Part shown: positions 29,364 through 42,600 of the stretch, in pieces
Layout: every line of letters starts with the position of its first letter
Position numbering within the stretch: the stretch's first letter is position 1
Assembly: GCA_003344405.1 (NCBI GenBank)
Contig: NOWV01000210.1
Span: 1-64,000, forward strand
Reading direction: 5' to 3'
From: Trichoplax sp. H2
Taxonomy: Eukaryota
DNA: 64,000 bases
Position numbers and translations under genes: made by a program
The notes under the pieces: model-generated
Told to the model about the DNA's origin: nothing
Seen by the model: the letters and a program-made list of their open reading frames with translations, nothing else
Database searches by the model: none

Positions 29364-29489
29364 ACTCCTATTGCAGAAATACGATTACGTCTTGTATAAA
29401 ATTTTACTATGGGTAAATGTTTGTAAGCTTTGAACATTTTTATTACTGATAAAAGTATAATTTAAATTGTCTACCGTAATTTTAGAAAC

Positions 29490-30950
29490 ACGTTACCTTA
29501 AAGGGCCAAGATACTGTAAGCCTTGCTGCTTTTGTAAATAAAAGATTCAACTTATGTAGCCATGCTATCACTCGTTTATTTTTAGCAAAATAACCAAAAA
29601 AAGATGATTTTTAATTAAATTTTGATTAAAGCAAAACACCATATCTCTTGTTATTCTCTGGTTATTATACAATAATATGCTGATACATCTATACGTGCAT
29701 TTATTAGGAAATATAAAAGATTACAGAAAATTATTATTTCGTTATGCCTTCATATTCCATAGCAGCACGGTTAATACTTGCTATCTCATTGTATAAACTA
29801 AAAATATCCAGCCTTACATGCTAAACACAATTTACATATGATGTTATGCAGCATATTGCCAAGGGATGACCTAACACAAATTCCAATTGAGTCAATTGGT
29901 TAGTCTATTTCAATTAGATGTATGCTCGTAGGTTATTATAACAGTATTTAAGATTGAGTTACAACAGTATTAGGTACAATTTGAGCAATGATTCAGTTGG
30001 TGAGTTCACGAAGATAACCTCATGGTAATATTACACTTAGAAATATTCATCGTTAATAATTCCTCCCAATCAAATCTCCCTTGCTGTAAAGCCTTCATGG
30101 TAAAATATGCCTATTACTACTGCTATGAAGTTTTTGAAAACAAGATTAATTAATAATTATATAATTAAATCTATAAAAATATCTATCACCGAATTAAACT
30201 GATATTCTGGATTATACATGAGCCTTACTTAATGTGCAAGTCAAGGTATTCAGAAACCGTTGTTAAAAGTAGAACAAAGTTACTGACAGAATTAATGTCT
30301 AATTAATCTTGTGATCAATTAGTTAATTAGTTATATAATTCAAATAAAACATAAGTTGATATTAAGTCTTCAGATCGTGATTGTCTTAATATTCATGATG
30401 CATCCTAGATTGGTTTTACATACAACAAATTTTAATCGCTGTTGTTCAAAATATTATCCGGTTCCAGTAATAGAGAGAGAAATTGACTATTAGAAATAAG
30501 TTTATTTGATGTCAATATTATGAAGGTAGTCTCGACTACTATCACATAATACTAGCGCTAAATAAACAAGCCTTATTTCATCGACCATTACAGCGAACTG
30601 GCATGATATACCATAGAATCTATTTAATGCTGCACTACACTAACTTAGCAAAATCCCGAGGTTGGCCCCTTAATCAGTAATTTTAAAAATGCAGTGAAAT
30701 AAGAATAAAATACCCAAGCGGTGAAATTTTAGAAAACCTTTCATTTTAGCTAGGATAATAGCTGACTGCAACTACTAAATGTGCCATCGCCTAATTTATT
30801 CACTTTTTATTGCTATAATGTCGATATTATTGCATCTTGTACAGAAACGGTAGCGATAGCCACTAAAGATTATTCCATGGAATACTGCACCTATAGCACG
30901 CTGCATTGCCAAGAATGAACATTTGCATCTTCTTATTACTTAATGATTTT
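29490..30950 (-). pseudogene. Possible decayed ankyrin-repeat gene relic
   Basis: Minus-strand fragments MKALQQGRFDWEELL (from 30098), RAAME../HNEIIIF (~29770), HGYIS*IFYL (~29555) and GAVFHG (~30890), broken by stops and frameshifts. Confidence 0.3.
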
Positions 30951-32196
30951 GAACATTATAATTGTATTAGTGTCAATAAGATGTGAAAATTACTATAAAT
31001 CAAGCATCTTAAGCGTCAACTTACAGTAGCAAATTAAAATACTGTGTAATAACCAGTGTAGCCACATTGACCTACAAATAGAAGATAGCGCCATCTTTTT
31101 AACCTACCGTGATTGAAATTTTAGTAATGCATACTGACTTTCTCTCTTCCTTAGTAGTCTTCAACAGTAGTAAGTGATAAACGATTAGTTTTTAGGAAAA
31201 AGTAAACTAGCATGTCTGTAACCAGCAAGGTGCTATAGCATCGATATGACGTGTTGATTAATTCTGGTTTTCAAGGGTTAGTTAATTATTAAAAACTTGT
31301 ATATAATTTAAAAAATTTAGGCTTTAAAGTTTATAATTTAAAGGATTGAATTTCCCTCATCTTGTATCATACATTAAGAAAAACTATCTGAGTAAAATTA
31401 ATAAAAACTAAAATTTAGAGAGATTGAACTTAGCATTCCGTGATTCGGAGGGCTTAATGTAATATATTTCAATAGCAGCCCACAGTCACGGATACAAAAA
31501 AAAATTTGAAGATAAGACCTATTTTGCACAGTCATTTATTACATCATGTTACGGCATATGAGTATATTTTTCCCTGTGCCTGCTATATCAAGATATTATT
31601 GAGGATATGGTTAAATTGTAACTGTTCGATCTTCGTATAAATTCTACTTAGCAGGGTAAAATATCAGGGTAAAGACGGTAATGAGAGAGTGGCATAATTT
31701 TTTTATAAAAATGATTCTGTGGAATACTGTACTAGCATACAGGAATATTAGTATAACCAACTGCAACTTGGTAGTTAATAAGTTGTAAAAAATATCACTA
31801 GAAATGATTTTATTGCCACAAACTCGGGAGTAACTCTGTTATAAATCATAACAATAGCTGCAAACCGTGAAAATCTTTTATTTAAGATTTTTGTCGAACA
31901 ATAGAAACTACTGTTTGTAAAAGCTTTGGAATCATTAAGTCAAACAAGAACTTCAATTTGAAAGTTTGGATTCGTCCATAGATTCAATGACATCATGACG
32001 TCAATAGACTATAATAACCTGACCTTGATAACACATATAACGTTAATTAAGAAAATAAAACCGATATATCAAAATAATTATATATCTTAGCAACAGATAC
32101 GCAACAGTTACTCCAGCATTCTTTATATTAGGAACAGTCGACAACATCATTCAGTTAAAAGCTATTGGTAATAATTTAAACAAAACTGTAACTGAA

Positions 32197-32538
32197 TGTC
32201 ACAAACTCAACTTGTGAACTACTACTCTAAACTAATAAATTAGTTATTCCAATCTCCACTGCACCTGAAGGTCTACTGTGTGGTATTCCTATACTACTTA
32301 TGATCACTCAGGGATAATACTGTTCTAAGAGTTTAGTATAATTTTATTAATAGAGTAGCTGAAACGCTATCTAATCACTATCTAATCACGAACTGAGGAG
32401 CTGAGCATTCTTGCCTCTTTTATATCCTACCTCCAAACTTGTAGTGCACACATAGTAATTTAGCAACATGAAATTTACTTGATTTAGCACATAACAAAAT
32501 CTACTTAATTAACATGTATGGCACTTTGCTCTGTAACA
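32197..32538 (-). mobile_element. Short solo-LTR-like element (342 bp)
   Basis: TGTCACA...TGTAACA ends with flanks CTGAA/CGGAA (4/5). Minus-strand TATAAAA at 32418-32424 and AATAAA at 32343-32348. The minus-strand 3' end (ttcacaagttgagtttgtgaca) resembles the family C end. Confidence 0.7.
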
Positions 32539-33399
32539 CGGAAATAATAGGCATTATAAATTATGTTAAACTACTGTATGATATAAGCTAAAACATCAAC
32601 GTTTCAATCAGTCCAGTAAATGTTAGTATACCTCGATTTGCTATTGTAGCAGGTTCGCATACCACCATAGTCTAATTCCAATCACAAGTTAACCCAGTAA
32701 AGTGATTTTGATATTTAACGACAATTGGATTTATTATTTCAAAGAGGCCAGTTTTCAGCGATGAATCAAAATCCCATTATTGTTAGTTATAAATGTTGAC
32801 TAACTACAACAAATATCCTTAAGATAACTATCAACAAAATTATATATGGTTAGATTTGGGTCATGACGCTATTGTAGTTTAAATCATCTAATATAACAAC
32901 AAGAGACCAATATATTCATAATAAGTAATGCAAAGACACGTAACAAATTTTGGCCTTAGTATACCGTTATATCATTGAAGAAGAGGCGTAGGTTTGTTAT
33001 AAATAAAATTCTACATTAATATATTTTATTAAAAAAAGAGCCGACAGGTTTCAATCACTAATTTAAAAATAATTTTTAATAATGTCTTTAATTACCTTCA
33101 AAGCAGTAGCTACATGCATTTCTAATAATTATTTCTATAGTAACAGCCTATATCTTATATAGCAAAGAGAATAATTAAGTAAGCAAAAATCGGTCTAATT
33201 TTATCCGTGGAAGCCTTGATTAAAATAGTTTCTTTCATGTGCGGCCTTTAACACACCTATTTCATAGCCCACTGTATATTTGGAAACATTGATAGCTAAT
33301 TTTAAGTATTGCTGTGGTAAAGTAGTCAAGGTTAACAATATTTATATGCAAAGAAAAATTTTATCAATTTACATCCATTATATTAAAATACAGAATTTA

Positions 33400-33512
33400 T
33401 ATTGAACGTATCCGGATGCAAACCGGTCATTTAGCAAATTGCTGCATCGTAATTTTGCAAAATACCAAGCATTTGGCAAAATGAACGATTTTGCATCCGG
33501 ACGCGTTCAATA
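33400..33512. mobile_element. MITE-like foldback element (~113 bp) with TA at both ends
   Basis: TATTGAACGTATCCGGATGCAAA ... TTTGCATCCGGACGCGTTCAATA. Imperfect inverted arms extend ~45 bp around a ~24-bp core. Confidence 0.7.
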
Positions 33513-35047
33513 TTCTAATATTTGTATTATATGCGGCGCTAAGATCAAAATTTCATACTATTTCTAACTAAAAGTGTTATTAGCTACGGAAATAAGTGTA
33601 TTGGTATCGATATCTAAGGCCTTATCGCATTTTGAATCTTGGCAATGTGAACCAATATTATATGTATGCACTTGCATAATTAGTCAATCAAGCGTACCTC
33701 AAACTGAAATTTTTTCGCTAACCAAAATTATTTCAAATTCTTACAGTGCCTCATTATACCGTAACGTAAAACAATTTATAAAGCAACTGTAATGATAGCT
33801 CGTATAAAGGCTACAAATGCATTTTTGATGCTTTGATGTATTACTTTAATTAGTTCCTATCATTATCATACTTAATTGATGTTAAGCGCAGTTATTAAAC
33901 TTTAAAGAACCTTTTCTTTATTAATTTTTCGCCAATGCATTCCATGATCAAATACTACGAAGATAGCAATGCTATTTATGATTTATACTTAGTAATTTAA
34001 TTTATCAAAATGTAACGATTTAAAAGCATTCGCAGTTTGAATTTGATTTGAAATTCTCCGTATCAATTGGTATTTTAATTTAAATATCTGTCCACAGTTA
34101 GAATATCATACTTAGATAGCAAGCCTGAAGCTGTGATACTATAATATTTTTACATATAAATAGTAGTGAATATTTTATCAATAAACTTGTCAGTATCTAA
34201 TCTGTAAATGCTAACTGAATAAATTTTGCTTTACAATCAGCATAAAAAATACTTTTTAAGTTCTTCATTTCATACTTCCGTTGAAAATATCTACTTTTTG
34301 CATTCATCTCATTTCTTAGATGAGAGTGGTATTAACTTGAATGTTGTGGGACTGGATCAAAACTTATTAAATGATATGTTGAATCAGACTATTTATTAAT
34401 AATTGTTATTTGCAGTTAATATTAATTTAATAGCCAAAGGACGGTGTTTTCCAATTTTTACCGGGCGACACAAAATGTAATCTTTATATCAAACTATGAT
34501 AATTTCGATCGTGATAGCCTCAAATCGCAGATTTAAAGCTAATTATAATCCAATCAGCCAACCGTAAAATAATAGTCTGAATGCTTTTGTATGGCATTAC
34601 AATTAGAAGTAACAAAAACTAATAGGAAAATTTAATTTGAAGTCAGCAGGTGTATTATTATTTAGCTGCAATACTTACTAACTAAGAATCATGATCAATA
34701 AAAGAATAAAGTTTATATCTGAACGCAGGAAAATCTTCCAGTAATAATTAAGATATTGCAGAAATAGACTGCATAAAACGTCATGTAATCAAGAATAGCA
34801 AGTTTTTGATCATAAATCATCGTTCTAGTATATTAGTTGCTACCGCCTGCAGCAACCAATTTATTCACAATAGGTATGTCTGTAAAAGAATTCTCCGAAA
34901 AAATAAACTTTTCCACAATTGCAATTCAATAGCTTTATCCAATTATGTAATCAGTCAACATATTAAAAAACCCAACTGTTACTGATATTCATCAATCAAA
35001 CAATAAAGTTCGTTACAAATTTCCACAATTCAAGATAGTATACTTGT

Positions 35048-35603
35048 TGTAATGTAACTTAGTATTGTGATTGTAGACTGTTGGCCATGTTTAGTATAAT
35101 GTACGGTAGATATTTATCCTAAGAGATATTTGGTAGTTATAACTATAGACTATAGTGGTAGAGACTCTATGCTAGAGTACAGATGACTATATCCAGTAAG
35201 GTATTGAGTTACTAATAAGGCTATAGGTAAAAAAAGGAACTGTAAATCATATGTTAGGATATAGTTAATTCATTGTACTTTGGCTAGTGTGAATGATGTC
35301 TACGTAAGTACTGTAGTCGCATCCATACTGGATTAATGATGGTCCGCAGTAGAATAGTCTTACTAAGAATAATTTAACTATGTGTAAAATAAGGTAAAAG
35401 GTTGCCGTGCGGATTGTAGCTGCGAATGCTACGAAAAGTATAAAAGCATGTAACTTTAGATTATTCCGTTAGTTCGTTGTAGAAGTCTTTAGTAGTATTA
35501 TTCGGCTAGAGTAGAGCAGTGAGTAGGTAATCCTTGTATAAGATTCAATAAAGCCCTTATTTTTCTTCTAAAATTTGGAATCTCGTGATTGGTATATATC
35601 ACG
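35048..35603 (+). mobile_element. Solo LTR family B, copy 2 (~1 kb upstream of paralog 3)
   Basis: TGTAATG...TATCACG ends with flanks CTTGT/CTCGT (4/5). Full-length match to 22753-23321. Confidence 0.9.
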
Positions 35604-36621
35604 CTCGTATACTTGAGATATCTGGGAACAGAAATCTCTAAATTTCATAACTCAAGACAATTGATCTACTTTTTGTTTATAAAGACAATCACGAAAATAA
35701 ATTTCACTGACCGCATCCAAAATTTTAAACGTCAACAAAATTATGACATAAATGCTAGATCAACTTGCACTTATATTAAGATTTATATTTACAGGTATAT
35801 AATTGCTGCTTTATGGACATTGATCTGTATAAAAAAACTGTAAACATCAAGCCGATACCAACGTTACTTATTCAGCAAATATTTTTATTTTAATAATTAA
35901 AGCTGGATAGTCGTTAATCTGCTCTACTTATAAATATCTTGGCTAATTAGAATGTTATAAATGAAAAGATTGAGCATTATTAATGTTTCTTGCTCGAGTT
36001 AATTTATACCGACTGATCATAAAAGCAAAATATTCAGATAGTTTTCGAAAGATCAAACTGTACTTTTTCATCGTTATTTTAAAATAAAATGAAAGATCAT
36101 AATTACTGTTATATAAACAAACTGCTGCTATACGACATAATTTTTATTGCCAAACTTTTTTACTCACAAACAAAACTGGGATAGAATAAAGGCCAAAAAT
36201 ATTATATATTCCTGTTTGTGGCTAATATTAATTGCCTCATTCTTAGCAAGTAGAGCATTAAGTTGTATGGTTATTTGTTTATTTGAAACTAGACAGTAAA
36301 ATGAATTTCTATTCTTTTTTTCTGACAAATCTAAAATTTTATTATTGAAAGCATAAGATACAGGTTACTACACCGGATATTTTATAGTTTAACTTTTAGA
36401 ATGAAATCAAATTTTCATATGACTAAGAATTAAATATTCCAAATAATACTATTCCTTTACATGAGGCTCTTAGTGTCTTATTATATTTCTAATACCTTTT
36501 GTCTATCTACCTTTGATATTTAAGTCAAGTCTGAAATTCAAATCATTCATTACTGCCATCTCATTTCAGATGTGTCAGAAGTTGATGCACATAAAATTCC
36601 TGTGTTCCAACACCAATAAAA

Positions 36622-39600
36622 ATGAAATTCATTGTATACTTTGCCGTATTTAGCCTAATTAATTTCATCACCACTTGTCTATGTCTTCAAAATTTAACAC
36701 TGTTGTGCATGATACCCTGGTATAGACGATTTGAACTGGGTACATCATGTGCTATAGCAGCCAATATGGCTGTCGAAGCTATTAACCAGAACACAACAGT
36801 TTTACCAGATTATCGTCTTGAATTGGAATTAGCCGATAGCCAGGTAAGCACTACTAAATATGCGTGCAATTTTTTTCAATATTTTACCATTAAAAAAATA
36901 AAATCGCGTAGGTAAAAAATTTTAGCGTACTAAATAATGCAAAGCTTAAAATTTTAAAGTAAAATAGAAAGTTAACATCTACCTATAATACATGATTTAC
37001 ATTGACAGATTAAATAAAAATCATTAACCTATACCCATCATCAGACTTCCTTCATAGCGATAAAATAATCAAAATTTACAGCTACCTGCTACGCGGTTTC
37101 GATAGTAGCAATTTCAACTTATTTAAATACGTTTAGATGTCTCAGGGTGTAGCGGCTAAGGCATTTTTCGACTCAATTTCACGTTCACCGACAAAAATAG
37201 GAGTCATTGGTCCATTAATATCGACAGCCAATGCCTACGTTGCAAGTATATCCAAATTTTACAACTTAGTTCAGGTTGGTAGACCTTCCTAGAAACCAAA
37301 TCTGCATCATTGAACATTTAATAGAAACCATTTTAAAGTTAATTAATCAACTATTTCAGTCAATACCTATAAGAAGTAATTAGTATTTTAGATACCATCG
37401 TAGAATTTATTGAATTATTTGTCATTAATTGTAATCGTGATTTTGTTATTATTCACAGATGGGTTATGCTGCATCTGGTTTATCCTTAGACGATAAAAAA
37501 AATTATCCTTACTACTACAGAACATCAATAACACAATATAGTTATTCATTAGCTCGCATTAAACTTCTCAAGCAATTCAAGTGGGAAAAAGTAGCAATTA
37601 TTTATTCAACAGCCGGAACTTATTCTACAGTATGTATATAAATGAAACAGCTTGAGAAAATTTTGAGTTTGGGCAAATCTTAAAACAATAAAATGTAACC
37701 TTAGGATTATGGTTCAGATATTATATCATAAATCAGAAGCGATAGTTCACTTATCTTAAAACGATAGAATATAACACTAAAGTTAGGATTTAGATATCAT
37801 GTAACATAGTAGATCGCATACGATACTTCATTTTTGTGAAATTTGAATAATTCAAGATTTCTATTATTTTAAGCTATTCATTCATTCTTTGCAATCTTCA
37901 TAACTTACAAATACTTTCTCATTAAATCACCTCAGATAATTTTCTGTTTTATGTATTGACTATTTCTAAAAATTTCACTTGGATGTCGGTTGAAAGTCAA
38001 AAAAAATTATAATGCTTTTGCTGTATTAAATTTTTCAGTATTACTTTAAATGAACAAAGAATTGCTGATTATACGTTCAGAAGAAAAATTGTTGTTGCTT
38101 GTTGTGGTTACTCTTGTAGTTACAATGTAATTTGCATTATGATGATATTCATTAATCATAACTATTGCGATTACAAAGAAACAGAAATTTATTAATTTTT
38201 TAAGAGCAAAATATTTCATACAGAGGTCGAATCATAAACAATAAATACTGAATAGTATATCTTAAATCTATGAATATTTTAAAAACATAATTATGTTTTA
38301 CGATTAAAATTGATTATGACCGAAGGGAAACTGGAGCTAGTCAATTTACCTATTCTTCCTATTAATCAGTTAAATAATCATATATTATTTATTTTGGCCG
38401 ATATAGTCAGCTGCTATGGTTCAACAAACTTTACTTAAAGCCAATATCAATGTGGCAGTTATGGAAAGTTTTGATGATCATCCAAGTGTTGCAATTAAGG
38501 CTATCAAGGTACGTTCTTGACGATATTAAATTTAAGAGTTTGCTAATTGCTAATAGTTGTCAAATTTATGTGCTTTAAGATCTCTAGTTTAGGTCCTATT
38601 AATAAATTTTACAGATGAAGTTATTGCCTTATCGTTAATATTTTCCGTTTGAAATATATTTAGGACAAAGATGTTCGAATTATTGTCGTTATAAGCCATT
38701 ATAATCAACAATTTTCACTTTTTTGTGAGGTATAGTATTACTGTAATAAACTTTTTCTAGATGAAATATTCCATGTTTTTCTTAATACTTATGTCTGGTT
38801 AAGAATGAAAGACATATGTCTAATTAAATCGGAAAACAGAAAGTAAATTTCAGTAGCATATATCGTAAGTAAAGAATTAAAATTTTTGATAAATTATTAA
38901 TGCATTAATAAATAGTATTAGCGGTAATGTATATTTTGGTTTATCTACTCTGTCGAGAGTAAGAGATAGATAGTACCAGAAGTGCATAAAAAGAGATTTT
39001 ACTCCTACCAATATACAGTAGTTAATGCAATAATTATTACCTTTCATGGGCGATAAATCCATATATTACAGTATAAGTACAACACCTTCAAGACGACAAA
39101 TTGTAACTAAAATTTTACATAATTTGTAAATTCAGTTAGGATAAAATTCCATGGTATTTAATTGACTAAAAACGATTCTTATGCTAGATCGATTCTTATG
39201 CTAGATCATTTTTTAACCTTTTATAGGTATCATATTATAAATTTATGTTCCTTGATCTTAATGCAAGATTATTAATTAGATAGCAAAAGGGAAAGCATTC
39301 TAGATTTGTTTTATTACATACTACTTGAATATTTATTATATTAATAACATAACTCTTAATAACAAGCAATGATTAATTTTACTATTCTTTACATTAAGTA
39401 ATACGTTATATTGCAGTACATTTACGACAGTTTAATTTTGTACCTGTACATATTCAGATCCATATTTCTATTATTAAAGCTACTGCTTCTATATATCTTA
39501 TCGAATAATAAACTCAGTGGCATCAATGCCTTGATCATTAGGAACAGACAGAGAATTAGTAACTAATGGTGATTTTAGTTGAATTGTCAACTTTCCTTAC

Positions 39601-42600
39601 GTACTCTTTGTTATAATTGTTGCCCTTGATGTGCATTGTACAGTATATATGAACGTAACCGTATGCGAAGTCGGTCACGTTCATATATATGTAAATACGA
39701 CTTGACGTCGAGGTACTTCGGTAAAGACTCGGGGATGAAGTAATACTTGAGTAATCTTAATAAGTTACGTTTATTAACTTCTATCCAAATCAAATTAGAA
39801 CTACGCTTAGCAATGTAAGAGGTTATATACAACTAATACTCTGCACAATCGATATCTCGAGAATTTCGCCACTTAGAGAGTCTCTTAACAGTAGAACCTT
39901 TTGAGAGCCTCTTTGCACGATGTGCACACTTAGAAGTATGTAGTCTTTCGGCAACTGGTTAGTTACAGATAAGTCAGATCACCTGACTATATACAGTTCT
40001 CCTATGATAACCAGTACCAATACAGTTGTCCTATCTTATGTTGCATAGTAGGATGATATCTGTACGTATTCGTAACAGTACTAAGTTAGAGTTTGAAACA
40101 TATGCTGTAGATAATACAAAATTATAACGCTGTTATCAACTGTATTGCTTAAAAGATTAGCTAATTTATCGTAAAAACAACACTTCCAAGAAATTATCCT
40201 ATATTGAAAATCAAACAATACCCCAATTATCATTGTTCTTACAATAGTTGTTGTATTCATTTTATACTTGACATTTCACTTTGCTCTCATTAACCAAAAT
40301 ACAATCGTTATCTCTTATATTATGATTACATGTAACGGTAAAATTTGAATTAAAAATTATCTTATTTGAATAGTTATATAAGAATAAGTATAGCTGTAAT
40401 TGGTTACAATTATACTATATTTGGCTATGCAATATAGGAAAAGAATGCTATAAAATTTAATGAATGATAATTTAATACATCATTGATACTTTTTTAATTT
40501 ATAACTGAGAAATATTAGTATGTAAATGACAAAATATACATTTACGTGGTGATTCAATAGCTTAGCAGCCTAGCATATTCCTAGTCTATTATATACATAT
40601 AGAATAAATAAAATAAAGTAACATTTACACCAGACTTAGATTTGCATAATTACTAAGGCGCGAATGTACTTTAACCTTAAATACAAAATAAATCCTCTTT
40701 AGGACCTGTGTAACTTTCTCTACGAAGGCGTAGTTTCTTGCCACATCACATCCTGCACTTTAAACTAAACTCAATTGTAAATTACTGTTATTGCATATAA
40801 AACACATAAAAATACGAAATCTTCAATAGTCTTTCAAAGTTAAATAGACTTGTCTAAGTTATCAGATCGTAAATTGCAACTTATATATAGTTCATATAAT
40901 CTGGCTAAACAGAAGCTAAGATCTCATTTAACGAAAATGTTTAAAATGTATTGACTGTAAGTTTATTCATCATTGGCGTTTGAAGATTTGCGATAGAAGC
41001 GGTGATTGATCATTTGTGCGAAAATTCTACTACTGCTGAACTTAGATACATATAACCAATAATCAGCAAGGCTTTGACAATTTCTTCCTATTAGAATATT
41101 TGCAATCGACATCATTGATTTTATTAAGTATTAGTTAATTGTAATATGACCAAAATACGTAGAGTAGATTTAATAAAAGCTTTATATTTGGCAGGCTTAC
41201 AAACAAGGAACATATGGTGGTCAGTATGTCTGGTTAGTGGCCGGTTGGCATCCAGATAAGTGGTGGACACGAAAATGGCATTATTCTAATTGTACAGCTG
41301 ATGAATTAGAGAAAGTCGTCGTTAATTCAACATTTTATACTAAAGCTCCGATATATTCAACCGCATCTCGTCAAACAATTTACGGAAAGGTTCCTGATTA
41401 TAATTATCAATAATATACATGTACATGTATACTCTTAAGACTCGGCTCTAATTAGAATTTATGTAAATTCTTAGATATTATAAGTACAAAATTGTTTATA
41501 AAAAGGCGCAAATTGTACTATTTTCAATGTCATTATCAATAATTTCACCTTTAATTATAGAGCTCTTAGACAAATACTGTTCTGACATGTCATTATTTAA
41601 ATAGAATGGAACTCAATTCTATCGTGATTTCTTAAAGAAAATTAACTCCAATAACACCGTATGCACCGTGGCCGGACAACTCTACGATGCAGTCTGGTCG
41701 TTAGCCTTAGCTTTAAATTCCACGGAAGGACGATTAAAACAATTAAATTTATCTTTACAAAAATTTAATTATCAACACAATCAAATAAGAGAAATATTGA
41801 TGGAAGAACTGAATAAGATCTCATTTTATGGCACAACAGTAAGCAATAAACATTTAGTTATAATCATAATTAAGTTGTAGAATGCAGTAGTTTTTTCGAA
41901 TTAATTATCAAGTCATATTCATGTAACGACATAAGATAATGAAATATGTATACTAATAATGTGCATTTTGCTACAAATTAAATTTGAATTTTAGGGCCCA
42001 ATTGAATTTCATAAAGGTAGCCGCATTGGAGACGTAGAAATATACCAGCAACAAGGTACCATAACTTTCGTTATTTATATATGTAACAAAACGGCTTTGC
42101 AACAAGATAATGTAATGTACGATCAATACGTCAATTTCTTGAACCACGTATCAAGGAACGATATCTGCACTATCACAAACACTGTTACTCTACTAGCAGA
42201 CTACACAAAGACTTAAACGCCTCGTATTTCAAGTGAAACACTAAGTTTGAGAATCCCTTTTATTACACGATATACTGCATTTATATACTATTCCTCAATA
42301 ATTCATGAGTCATAGTTAATACGATTAACTTTGCTATCATTCACTGAATTAGATGTTAATTATAGCTACTGCTCCCTTAATGCAGACAACAGTATTTACC
42401 AACATAGACATCTGGTGACTAATACAGAATAGTCAGATTACGATATGTCCTATCACGGAACATTTCCACGATAATTTAGCATAAGTAAGTTACAATCACA
42501 ATGATTCGAACTATAAGTAGATGATTTGCATTCCCTATAACAACTATTAATTTCAGTATGTGTATATGTGTCACTGTCATAAAAGGCAGTGCTATATTAA

